In this document: positions 1-7,765 of the stretch, one piece after another | Numbering within the stretch: position 1 is the first letter of the stretch | Layout: each line of letters starts with the position of its first letter | From: a virus | Reading direction: 5' to 3' (one strand) | IMG/VR virus record: IMGVR_UViG_3300009155_000038 | Length of the DNA stretch: 64,000 nt | The notes under the pieces: model-generated | Told to the model about the DNA's origin: nothing | The model's database searches: none | Seen by the model: the letters and a program-made list of their open reading frames with translations, nothing else | Translations under genes and position numbers: made by a program

Positions 1-448
1 CTGACTCAACCGGCGGCTCAACGATTGCTTCTAGCACGGTTACAGCTGCCGGCGGTACGCCGACTGTTAAAGTATCAAAAATGGGGTGCCGAGTTTGCAG
101 AACAGCCGGCAGCTCAAAGAACCCCGGAACTTCTTTTGGCGCAGATGACTGGCCGACAAGCATAGGCCCCGTGCCGCATAATAGCCACTCGGCTCTTACC
201 GGCCCGTGCATAACAATGTGCATGAGCAGTCGAACACTAACTTGCTTGTTAGATTTAACAAAATTCAGCACTTGCGGCACTACGCCAATAGCGCGGGCAA
301 ACTTGGTTTTGTTACCGCCAAAGCAGTAGTCAGTGATGTACTGCAGCCGCTCCCGAATCGCGTTTGAGTTAGCCGACGTGAGTTTTCTCGGGTTGCGCTT
401 GAAGGGCGTTGGCAGCCGCAAGTGTATTCGCTTTCTGTAGCCGCTCAT
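1..448 (-). CDS. XRE/Cro-CI-type helix-turn-helix protein, 5' part (runs off left edge; absent from ORF track)
   Basis: Manual translation from ATG at 448: MSGYRKRIHLRLPTPFKRNPRKLTSANSNAIRERLQYITDYCFGGNKTKFARAIGVVPQVLNFVKSNKQVSVRLLMHIVMHGPVRAEWLLCGTGPM..., open to position 1. The ERL..I...FA.AIGV...WLL.G.GPM pattern is typical of phage-repressor HTH domains. Start codon uncertain. Confidence 0.6.
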   Translation of the reverse strand, partial: MSGYRKRIHLRLPTPFKRNPRKLTSANSNAIRERLQYITDYCFGGNKTKFARAIGVVPQVLNFVKSNKQVSVRLLMHIVMHGPVRAEWLLCGTGPMLVGQSSAPKEVPGFFELPAVLQTRHPIFDTLTVGVPPAAVTVLEAIVEPPVES

Positions 449-1436
449 CAGCATCCGCTTTCTTGAAAAACGCCACGAGTGACCTACCTGACTTACGTAA
501 CAACCCAGTGCCAGCCGTGAGCCTGACTTTGTGAATCACGCGCAAGTACACAGCGACTAGCTCAGCGTAGCCAGAAAGAAGCTCAGTTGGGTAGGAACTA
601 AACGCACCCAGAATCTCAAAGAACCGCGTGTCAGTCTTGTTGTAGCACTCGGATATCTTAATCGACTCTAGAAACGTAACTTTAGCCTCACGTACTTGCG
701 CAGCCGGCATGCGCTTGTGCGGATATCTGATCATGCATTGCCGGGACTCGACCAACCAGCCGTTGTCTTGCGGGATCACGACGATCTTCCACATCGAGCC
801 CATCGTGTTGCGCTGCAGCTTCTTGGCCACAGCCTTGTAGGCTTTCCTGTGGACTTCAATAACATTCCGTAGCTTCCGCATGTAACCCGGAATGTCTGCA
901 GGGTCGCAGCCTTGAATAGGGTCGAAGTTCTTGGCTGACACGAACTGCTGTAACACGCGTACTGTCACGACAAGCTTGGTGTCGGGATTGCATACCCCAA
1001 ACCTGCGCACACGTTTCTTGACGTATCTGTACTGGAGCCCGGCTACTCGGGCAGCGCAGAACGGGCAGAAGTGCATTCGGTTACAGGGCCGGAAAGTCTT
1101 GTCGCGTTTCCAGACGTAATAGAAACACGTTGGCCGGCAGAACAGCATGCGCCTGAACGTCAGCTCAAACTTCTTCAGGTCAAAGTTCGGGCTGTATGGG
1201 TCAAGCAGCCGAGTGTTGGGAAACCACAGGTGCTTGCTGGCTAGCTCTTTGAGCTTCACGCCCCACATGTCACGCAGCTTCCGCGCCCGCCTAGCTACGG
1301 TTTTGAAGTCTTTCTGCTCAGCGCCCAACACGAAATGCTGCGAAAAGGTGTCACACATACGCCGGGCTATCCTCGCAATCTTCCACCGACCAAACTTGTA
1401 CCGATTGACATGGCGGCTGAAGTCAAACGTGAGCAC
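369..1436 (-). CDS. Hypothetical protein with Cys cluster (C-x4-C-P-x-C), weakly reminiscent of the HUH Rep/IS91 zinc-binding region
   Basis: 355-aa ORF co-oriented with neighbours; motif PCNRMHFCPFCAAR; no intact HUH motif. Confidence 0.55.
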   Translation of the reverse strand: MLTFDFSRHVNRYKFGRWKIARIARRMCDTFSQHFVLGAEQKDFKTVARRARKLRDMWGVKLKELASKHLWFPNTRLLDPYSPNFDLKKFELTFRRMLFCRPTCFYYVWKRDKTFRPCNRMHFCPFCAARVAGLQYRYVKKRVRRFGVCNPDTKLVVTVRVLQQFVSAKNFDPIQGCDPADIPGYMRKLRNVIEVHRKAYKAVAKKLQRNTMGSMWKIVVIPQDNGWLVESRQCMIRYPHKRMPAAQVREAKVTFLESIKISECYNKTDTRFFEILGAFSSYPTELLSGYAELVAVYLRVIHKVRLTAGTGLLRKSGRSLVAFFKKADADERLQKANTLAAANALQAQPEKTHVG

Positions 1437-1461
1437 GCATCCTCCTTGTTATCTAGCGCTC

Positions 1462-1764
1462 TTATTCTTTCACAAAAATTCCTTCAGGCGTCAGCGTACC
1501 TTTACGGTCTTTGATCTCGTCGTAGGCGCCGGCCAAGCAGTCTGTAACGTTTGTGCCGCACAGCTTGCAATACAAGATGAGCGTTACCAGCACGTCGCCT
1601 ACGCCGTCCTTCACGCCAATCATGTCATTCTTGAGCGTGGCATCGGCTAACTCGCCCAGCTCCGACACGGTCTTCATAAGCTGCGCTGTTGGATTGCTAT
1701 TGGGAATGATTTGCCGCAATCGAGCCCAGTGAACTACCTTGGCTTCTAGTTCTTCAAATGTCAT
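1462..1764 (-). CDS. MazG-like nucleotide pyrophosphohydrolase (all-alpha NTP-PPase)
   Basis: AQLMKTVSELGELADA...KDGVGDVLVTLI matches the EXXE...D MazG-like metal-binding signature of phage homologues. Confidence 0.85.
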   Translation of the reverse strand: MTFEELEAKVVHWARLRQIIPNSNPTAQLMKTVSELGELADATLKNDMIGVKDGVGDVLVTLILYCKLCGTNVTDCLAGAYDEIKDRKGTLTPEGIFVKE

Positions 1765-2249
1765 TCTGCGGCCTCCTGTGCCGGCGGGGTGGGCTGATCT
1801 ACTTGGTCTGTCAGAGCTTCGTACTTTGCACGCTCAACTTCAATACGAGCGCGCAATAATTCAATACCAGCTTGCACATCGTCGATTTCGACAAACGGCA
1901 GCGTTTCCTGCAAGTGCGCCCACTTCGTCGGCCCTACGCTGGCTACGTTGATCTCGCCAGCTTCTTGGCCAGCGAAGTCGTCGAGCAGCGCAACGGTCGT
2001 GGCGTCGGCGCGGGTTTTAAATACCAGAATCCGGTTGTCGATATCCGCAAAGAACTTCACGCCTGTGTCGTCGCAGATCACCCAGCGCACGCCCGCCTCG
2101 CCTGTGTCGATGTACTGCACTGTTGGGTTAACGTACTGCTTGGGCCGGTTAGCCGCATCAGGGGAGCAGCAATGCTTGAACTTCTTGCCGCTGCCACAGA
2201 CACACCGGTCATTCCTGCGGACGATGTTGCCGCGCCGAATCGTAGACAT
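1761..2249 (-). CDS. SEC-C (SecA zinc-binding) motif protein
   Basis: RNDRCVCGSGKKFKHCC near the N-terminus; start re-called at ATG 2249 with AGGAGG upstream. Confidence 0.78.
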   Translation of the reverse strand: MSTIRRGNIVRRNDRCVCGSGKKFKHCCSPDAANRPKQYVNPTVQYIDTGEAGVRWVICDDTGVKFFADIDNRILVFKTRADATTVALLDDFAGQEAGEINVASVGPTKWAHLQETLPFVEIDDVQAGIELLRARIEVERAKYEALTDQVDQPTPPAQEAAE

Positions 2250-2275
2250 AGAAAGCCTCCTTGCTTGGTGCCAGC

Positions 2276-2303
2276 AGCATACCCGCTGCTCCGTAGCCGT
2301 CAA
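2276..2303 (-). promoter_or_regulatory. sigma70-like promoter TTGACG-N16-TATGCT upstream of SEC-C gene
   Basis: Read on minus strand: -35 at 2303-2298, -10 at 2281-2276; A/T tract upstream. Confidence 0.5.
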
Positions 2304-2376
2304 GGAGGTCGAAAACCTCAAATTTCACGGGAAATACCGCGTTTTTTGAAAAAAGTGTGGTCGCGGCAGGTCGAGC

Positions 2377-2548
2377 CAAAACCATAGTATCTCGGCCTAA
2401 GACTACGGTTTTTGACCCTTTTCAAACCCTATGTCTGTCCGATTTAGGCGGACCTAGTGTAGTTCCTTCGGAACTACGCAGGAGACGGCATGGGGGTGCC
2501 GGATCTCTGAGATGATCGGGATATGTGTAAACACATTGCCCGAGACAT
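2377..2548. ncRNA. Candidate structured non-coding element (multi-branch stem-loop plus a separate hairpin)
   Basis: ATGTCT(2431)/AGACAT(2548) encloses hairpins GTCCG/CGGAC, CCT(A)GTGTAGTTCC/GGAACTACGCAGG, CGGCAT/GTGCCG and TCGGG..ATGTG/CACAT..CCCGA; a further hairpin AAAACCATAGT/ACTACGGTTTT lies at about 2378-2412. Confidence 0.4.
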
Positions 2549-2782
2549 CTACCAACCACGACCTATTCGAACTACTTCCTGCGCTGCTAGATCAGTTGCG
2601 TCAGCATAATCATGTAGTCCAGCCCACCCACGAGTCTTCTCAGTCCCATTCCAATTTGAATCTAGAACTAACTTAATAGTTGTCACGATTGGGTCGTCAC
2701 AACCTTCTTCATAGCCGTCGACCACAACATATGTGTCGGGTTTGAAGGTTTGCAGTTTTTCTATTAACTCACCAACGGTCAT
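2549..2782 (-). CDS. Small hypothetical phage protein
   Basis: MTVGELIEKLQTFKPDTYVVVDGYEEG is a common small-phage-ORF N-terminus; GGAGG upstream. Confidence 0.7.
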   Translation of the reverse strand: MTVGELIEKLQTFKPDTYVVVDGYEEGCDDPIVTTIKLVLDSNWNGTEKTRGWAGLHDYADATDLAAQEVVRIGRGW

Positions 2783-2792
2783 ACAAACCTCC

Positions 2793-2837
2793 GAAAAAAA
2801 AGAATACGCGGGGGCAGGTAGTTAGCCTGCCCCCGCG
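2793..2837 (-). terminator. Intrinsic terminator
   Basis: Perfect 12-bp stem CGCGGGGGCAGG/CCTGCCCCCGCG with 7-nt loop, followed on the minus strand by TATTCTTTTTTTT; directly downstream of the 2863 stop. Confidence 0.82.
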
Positions 2838-2862
2838 CTTTAACTAACTCAATGTTACCTAA

Positions 2863-4038
2863 TCAACCGCGATTTTTTTTCTTGAGAATGCTGTTGCGCT
2901 CAGTTTGGCGATTAGTGCGCCGAACGTTTTCACTGGTGAGATAAACGTCAAGGTCAACGTTGACCAAGTTTTCAAGCGTTGCAGCCGGCCGATAGATGCT
3001 CTTACCTACATCGTCGCGAAGCAGGTAGTTACCCCGCATATAAACTTCGATTGCTGCCAACAACCGCACAACGCACTCGAAATGCTCCTTACGAGCACCG
3101 CCTTCACGTTCGTGCAGGATATGCTCGGCGAAACCGATTGGGTCACGCTTTCGGCCATTCTTGACGCCGCAGTTACCGTCGATCATCTTTTCGAAGAACG
3201 ACGACACGTTTTGGGCGCCGTGCTTCTTTGCAGACAACAGATACGCTGTCAGCAATGGCGACTTGAACAGATTCGTTGTTCCACGCTTTGCGCCGGGGTT
3301 CAACGAATCAAGATGCGACAGCTCTTCCTTAAACGCAGCGACATAGTCAATAGCAGTCGCCCGGCTCACCGCTGTAAAGGCGTCGACCAGCTTTCGCACG
3401 TCACGCCGGCTGCAATTGCGATAGCACGCCAGCATAATTTCGTATGCGTAGCTCAGCGGCGTCGGCAGGCCAGCTGCCTTTTTCATCAGCGGCGAGTTCA
3501 TAGGCAAGTTGTGATAAATCAACGCGCCGTGCACAAGATCCGCTGACGTGTTTACAGCTTCTCGGCTATCGTAGAACAAGCAGAGCCGGCCAGCTTCTTC
3601 AGCATTAGCAACCGGAATAACGGTCACGCACACCCGAGCCGGAATGAAGTCCGACAACCCTTGGGCCCAAACCTCGCCGCGAGTGTGGGCTGTGAGCTTC
3701 CACTGTTTTCCGCGCGGATCTTCAGCCATGTACACTTCCTCGTGCAAATTCTTGATGAACTTGTGCAAGTGTGCGGCCTTTGGCGCGCGAATAACCTGAT
3801 CGCGTGGTTGTCTTGGGTTTGAGGGAATTGCGTGCCACTGTGCTACTGTCATATAGCGCACGTTCTTTTTATTCGTCGCCATCTTGCCCGGCTTTGGTCG
3901 CGCCTTACCGTCGAGCTTCTTGGCGCTGACTACGGCACCAACGGCCGCCAAGCTCAGCGCCAGAATCAGATTTGCAATGTCGGCTTGGCTGAAAGAAAAC
4001 AGATCCATCTTGGGTATCTCCGTGTGGGGAAAAATCAA
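2863..4038 (-). CDS. Hypothetical protein with ParB/Srx-like (DGHTR-type) N-terminal domain
   Basis: NPRQPRD...HL...KLTAHTRGEVW resembles the NPRQRD...KLDGHTR prophage family; hydrophobic stretch at N-terminus; TTGA overlap with upstream stop. Confidence 0.55.
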   Translation of the reverse strand: MIFPHTEIPKMDLFSFSQADIANLILALSLAAVGAVVSAKKLDGKARPKPGKMATNKKNVRYMTVAQWHAIPSNPRQPRDQVIRAPKAAHLHKFIKNLHEEVYMAEDPRGKQWKLTAHTRGEVWAQGLSDFIPARVCVTVIPVANAEEAGRLCLFYDSREAVNTSADLVHGALIYHNLPMNSPLMKKAAGLPTPLSYAYEIMLACYRNCSRRDVRKLVDAFTAVSRATAIDYVAAFKEELSHLDSLNPGAKRGTTNLFKSPLLTAYLLSAKKHGAQNVSSFFEKMIDGNCGVKNGRKRDPIGFAEHILHEREGGARKEHFECVVRLLAAIEVYMRGNYLLRDDVGKSIYRPAATLENLVNVDLDVYLTSENVRRTNRQTERNSILKKKNRG

Positions 4039-4382
4039 ACAACAGCCGGCGTATTGCTATCATTAGCCGGATTAGTTTCGGGGTTGCGCTCAAACACTGG
4101 AATTAACTCGTACATGCCCATCTCGATATCGAGCAAGAGCATCTGCCCGCGCAGTTCTTCTTCTTCGGGCCCTGTGTAAATCCGGCAGCGCATATGGGGA
4201 TCAGCCCGCTTGCCGGCGATATGCTCGTGCACCAAGAGCGGAATAACCACAAAGAACTTGTCACTCGGCAGGCTGTCGATGATCTCTTGCGGGATCGTCC
4301 GGTTGTAGTGCATAAACTTGTCGGAGATATGGTTAATCTTTTCGAGCAGGTTTCTGTCGACGTACTTGATTTGTTCGCTCAT
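4035..4382 (-). CDS. Hypothetical protein
   Basis: 115 aa, tightly packed with neighbours. Confidence 0.65.
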   Translation of the reverse strand: MSEQIKYVDRNLLEKINHISDKFMHYNRTIPQEIIDSLPSDKFFVVIPLLVHEHIAGKRADPHMRCRIYTGPEEEELRGQMLLLDIEMGMYELIPVFERNPETNPANDSNTPAVV

Positions 4383-4384
4383 GG

Positions 4385-4618
4385 TTACCGGTTCTTCTGG
4401 GCGTTATGGAACTTCAAGACGGCATCAGCCGCCTTCTTGGAATCAGCGTCCGAATAGCCTTCTTGCTTGAATCGGCGTTCGGCATAGTCACGCTCTGGGC
4501 TAGAGCTGTAACTGCTACTGCCACCAGAAGGCGGCGTAGCGTCGACACAGCCAACGCAGTTCTGGATGATCAAGGCAATCGCGATGATCAGAATCGTCGA
4601 GGTCAGTTCATTCCGCAT
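4385..4618 (-). CDS. Small secreted/lipoprotein-like protein
   Basis: Hydrophobic signal-like N-terminus ending VGC, then a Ser-rich linker. Confidence 0.6.
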   Translation of the reverse strand: MRNELTSTILIIAIALIIQNCVGCVDATPPSGGSSSYSSSPERDYAERRFKQEGYSDADSKKAADAVLKFHNAQKNR

Positions 4619-4946
4619 CGTCAGTTGGCTCCGTTGTAGGAAGAATAGGGTCGAGGTTATAGGGAAGCTTGAGCAGCGCGATAGCCAGTCCTTGCGTGAT
4701 CCGCTGGTCGAGCCGGATCAGGAAGCCATTGCGCAGCCGCATACAGGTCTGGGGCGGGGTGACGCTGTTGTCCAACCAGACATGCATGTAGGGCGTCCCC
4801 AGATGCGTCAGGACGGGCGTGGCGTCTTCCGGGTAGTCCGGCGCCTTCTTGGCTGGCTCAGGGGCTACAGCGGCCGCCAGCGCTTTGATTTTGTTATCTA
4901 ATCTTTGCCTATAGTGGTTGATTCGGTCTAGAAGTGTGTCAGCCAT
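4608..4946 (-). CDS. Hypothetical protein
   Basis: 112 aa; GGAG upstream; overlaps next start. Confidence 0.6.
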   Translation of the reverse strand: MADTLLDRINHYRQRLDNKIKALAAAVAPEPAKKAPDYPEDATPVLTHLGTPYMHVWLDNSVTPPQTCMRLRNGFLIRLDQRITQGLAIALLKLPYNLDPILPTTEPTDDAE

Positions 4947-4957
4947 CCGTGGTTCTC

Positions 4958-5311
4958 CTACTGCATTGGTTTAAATATGCCAGTGTGCTCGCTATATGAG
5001 TACACCGGCGCCGTCCAGCGTTCTGTGCGTTCGACCCGCATGCCGCCATGGCTTGTGATCATAACTCTGTTCTTGGTCTTGCGCAGAGCGCGCAACGCCT
5101 CTGCGCGCTCTGCGATTTCCTCTTCAGTCGGGTCGCCAGCTAGTCGCTCTAGCTTTTCACGCGATCGCTTGGGCAGCTTATGTTTCGTGACAAGCCGCGA
5201 GAGCTGACTCGCTGTGATCCCTAGTTCTTTCTGTATTTGGGTTGCCGGCGTGTCATTGTGCCAGAGCTTGAATAGATCTGGCACATAAATAGGTCTGACT
5301 TCCCGCTGCAC
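4958..5311 (-). CDS. HTH DNA-binding protein (putative)
   Basis: LWHNDTPATQIQKELGITASQLSRLVTKHKLP fits an HTH pattern. Confidence 0.6.
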   Translation of the reverse strand: MQREVRPIYVPDLFKLWHNDTPATQIQKELGITASQLSRLVTKHKLPKRSREKLERLAGDPTEEEIAERAEALRALRKTKNRVMITSHGGMRVERTERWTAPVYSYSEHTGIFKPMQ

Positions 5312-5321
5312 AAAGCCCTCC

Positions 5322-5510
5322 TTAGCTTCTTTTTTTACGTGCCCTGAGTTTGTCTAACAGGGCGCCGACTTGATCATCAAATTCCCAGAACGGCTTGAGT
5401 ACGCTGTCTGGGGTTTCAGGTGGTAATTCTTTCAGGTGCTTCAGTAATGCCAGCTTGCTGGTTGACATCACTGTTTCGATAAGCGCTAACTCCTTGCGTG
5501 TAAACTCCAT
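5322..5510 (-). CDS. Hypothetical protein
   Basis: 62 aa, co-oriented and packed. Confidence 0.6.
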   Translation of the reverse strand: MEFTRKELALIETVMSTSKLALLKHLKELPPETPDSVLKPFWEFDDQVGALLDKLRARKKRS

Positions 5511-5520
5511 TGGCCGGCGC

Positions 5521-5787
5521 TCACATATCTTTGTTGGGTTCCTTCACTACAGTCCAGCCAATGAACTTAAACACGTGCTTTGTGGCGTTGTAGTCAGCGC
5601 CTTCGTCTTCCCCGGGTGAGATCAAGATAAGCTGCTTGTTCTTATGGTCAACCCTGAACACCGTACCCGAGCGCGGAATCCCCCAAACACCGCCGTCTGC
5701 AATAACGCGGACGGTTTGCCGGCACCACTCCAGAATGTGCTCTGGCGGTTGGTCAAATCGGCCGGCGTCTTTATTGAACGCTACCAT
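5521..5787 (-). CDS. Hypothetical protein
   Basis: 88 aa; GGVWGIPRSG motif; GGAG upstream. Confidence 0.65.
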   Translation of the reverse strand: MVAFNKDAGRFDQPPEHILEWCRQTVRVIADGGVWGIPRSGTVFRVDHKNKQLILISPGEDEGADYNATKHVFKFIGWTVVKEPNKDM

Positions 5788-6244
5788 TGGTTTTCTCCCG
5801 TTGGATCAATGCCCGGGTGTAGTCCATGGATACCAGTTCGTGACCCACTTGAAACCGCGCTAGCTCTGCTAGTAAATAGGGATCCCACGGGGCTCGCATT
5901 GGCAACGAGTCTGGCCAGTACATAGATTCGTTGGCATACGCTTCGCTTGCGCCGGATTCCTTATACGCCGCAACATAGGCGTCGCGGTAGCAGTCTTCAG
6001 CTTTGTCGAACTGCACCATAAGCACGACCGTCTCGGTTCCGTCGTCGCTTTTTTCGTCTTCTTGTGCGGCAGTGGCCAGCCGACAAGCGTAATGCGCCTC
6101 GACAAGATGACTAATGATCCCGGCGTCATGGGCGTCGTCAAAATCACTGTTGGCAAAGCTGCGCCGAATCAGGCTAGCAATCGTTTCTTCAGTCACAGGG
6201 TCACGGTCAGCAATCAAAAACTCTTCGCGAATGGTTTCCGGCAT
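5771..6244 (-). CDS. Hypothetical acidic protein
   Basis: Start re-called at ATG 6244 (MPETIREE), immediately after the upstream stop at 6247. Confidence 0.65.
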   Translation of the reverse strand: MPETIREEFLIADRDPVTEETIASLIRRSFANSDFDDAHDAGIISHLVEAHYACRLATAAQEDEKSDDGTETVVLMVQFDKAEDCYRDAYVAAYKESGASEAYANESMYWPDSLPMRAPWDPYLLAELARFQVGHELVSMDYTRALIQREKTNGSVQ

Positions 6245-6246
6245 GG

Positions 6247-6720
6247 TTATGCTTTCTGTTTCTTGGGATTGAAGTGCTCCACGATTACGCGTTGCCATTC
6301 CCGCGCTTGCGTGCCGCGGCCAAAGAAATCGTTGTAGTTCAGCTTGAGCTGATGCACGATGTCAGCCAGCACGTCGAGGCCGTAGACGCCTTCCATAGAC
6401 TCTACAGGTTTACCGTCCGGGCCAAAGATTGTGCTTTTGTGGTCACGAAAGTCACTTTTGATAACACTCGTGTGCGCCTTGACCATGTCCTTGTGCAGGC
6501 CAAGCTCAAGGAACGCTTTTGGCTTCATGATCGTGTGGCCGTCGCAGATATCTGCTACGGCAAGAATGACATTGGCCGGGATGTTTTCCCAGCGGGTCAT
6601 GTCTTTCTTTTTAGCCTTTGGCTTTGCGGCTTTTGGGTTTGATTTTGCTGGCTTTGCTTTTGCCTTGGCTTTGGGCTTTCCCTTTACGATTGCCTTTTTG
6701 GCCACTTTCTTTTTTGCCAT
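6247..6720 (-). CDS. Hypothetical protein with Lys/Ala/Pro-rich (histone H1-like) N-terminal tail
   Basis: MAKKKVAKKAIVKGKPKAKAKAKPAKSNPKAAKPKAKKK followed by a globular domain; start re-called at 6720. Confidence 0.7.
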   Translation of the reverse strand: MAKKKVAKKAIVKGKPKAKAKAKPAKSNPKAAKPKAKKKDMTRWENIPANVILAVADICDGHTIMKPKAFLELGLHKDMVKAHTSVIKSDFRDHKSTIFGPDGKPVESMEGVYGLDVLADIVHQLKLNYNDFFGRGTQAREWQRVIVEHFNPKKQKA

Positions 6721-7114
6721 TGGTGTCTTTCTTTGTGAGCACGGGTTTGGGAGTAGGAAGGAGGATGTCATTAATAAACTGCCGCCGAGCTTTATAGTTC
6801 TCGGCTCTAGATGCTGCGTTTAATTTCTCACTATCAACCCAGCGCCACGCCATCACGTACGCGCCGTAATCTTTGTCCGTCGTAGAGACAGCCGCGTTGC
6901 CGTCTACTTCCAGAAAGCTTTCTTCGGCATCAATTTGCGCCGCGGCCACGTAGTTGTCGTGAAACTCACTGTGGTGTTCTGCCGCAGCCATCTGGATCTT
7001 GACCGCAAGCCGGCTGTTCTTTTTGATATCTTGCAGATCTTCGTACTGGATGGCTACCCAACAGACGGTGTCAAACGGCCGGATGTCCTTATCAAAATGC
7101 ACGTTCTTGCTCAT
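6611..7114 (-). CDS. Hypothetical protein (3' end overlaps next gene by 110 nt)
   Basis: Globular-looking N-terminal 110 aa; K-rich tail arises from the overlap. Confidence 0.6.
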   Translation of the reverse strand: MSKNVHFDKDIRPFDTVCWVAIQYEDLQDIKKNSRLAVKIQMAAAEHHSEFHDNYVAAAQIDAEESFLEVDGNAAVSTTDKDYGAYVMAWRWVDSEKLNAASRAENYKARRQFINDILLPTPKPVLTKKDTNGKKESGQKGNRKGKAQSQGKSKASKIKPKSRKAKG

Positions 7115-7116
7115 GT

Positions 7117-7731
7117 TCAGTCCAGTACGCGGGTAACGGTGTTGTCTCGGGCCACGGTGCGCTGATATGTCACGCGGTACGAACCCGGGGGGAGAACCCA
7201 GTCTCCGTGCTCAGGATGCGTCACGGTGTTTGTTTCTGTCAAGGCGAAGATCGGACCAGCGAGCAAAAGCAGCGAAAGCGCGTCAACGCTAGCGATCTTG
7301 TTGGCGTCGGTGCCGTCCTTACGTGCTGCCCACTCAGCCGAACGCAACTGCTGCCGCAGGTCAGGTTCATTCGCAGAAATGCCGTACTGCGCCGCCAGCT
7401 GAATAAACATCTCAGCGCTGCCGCCTTCGCAGGGCTCGTAGGCAGTGACGCCACGGCCATGCTCAAGACAATGCCGGCTGCCCTTGGTGTTACCCGGGGC
7501 AAGCTGCATTGGGTACGACGGCGTGGCCTTCTTGAACAGGAACGGCGCTGATGTAACGTCCTCGATCAGCTGGATATACACGTCACCCTGCCGAACCGCG
7601 TCGCCGATACTGGCGGCTTCAGGGAAGTTCTGGGGATCATCGTTCTTGATCTTCTCGACCTGCGCCTGTGCCTCACGGAGCTGGCGAACGGCGGCGTGGT
7701 TATCAATATCAAATTTAGTAGCAGTAGTCAT
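7117..7731 (-). CDS. Conserved His-motif protein, usual partner of DUF6745 genes
   Basis: RQGDVYI...LAPGNTKGSRH...HPEHG...LPPGSYRVTYQR motif set; start re-called at 7731 with GGAG upstream. Confidence 0.72.
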   Translation of the reverse strand: MTTATKFDIDNHAAVRQLREAQAQVEKIKNDDPQNFPEAASIGDAVRQGDVYIQLIEDVTSAPFLFKKATPSYPMQLAPGNTKGSRHCLEHGRGVTAYEPCEGGSAEMFIQLAAQYGISANEPDLRQQLRSAEWAARKDGTDANKIASVDALSLLLLAGPIFALTETNTVTHPEHGDWVLPPGSYRVTYQRTVARDNTVTRVLD

Positions 7732-7765
7732 AGGTAACTCCAAGGAAAGGAAAGGAAAGTAAGAC

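Noticed and set aside
81-329. Plus-strand 82-aa ORF
   Set aside because: It is the antisense shadow of the minus-strand HTH gene (1-448), which has a much more protein-like sequence
2431-2548. CsrB/RsmZ-like sponge (five GGA trinucleotides) or hammerhead ribozyme interpretation
   Set aside because: The GGAs lie mostly in stems rather than loops, and no CUGANGA/GAAA core is present; kept only as a generic structured element
2905-3546. Long plus-strand ORFs opposite real genes (also 13914-14783, 15962-16708, 18585-19319, 41880-42860)
   Set aside because: Antisense shadows of codon-biased minus-strand genes; no motifs or RBS
6784-6805. GCCGAG/CTCGGC inverted repeat inside a CDS
   Set aside because: A 6-bp stem is expected by chance and has no U-tract
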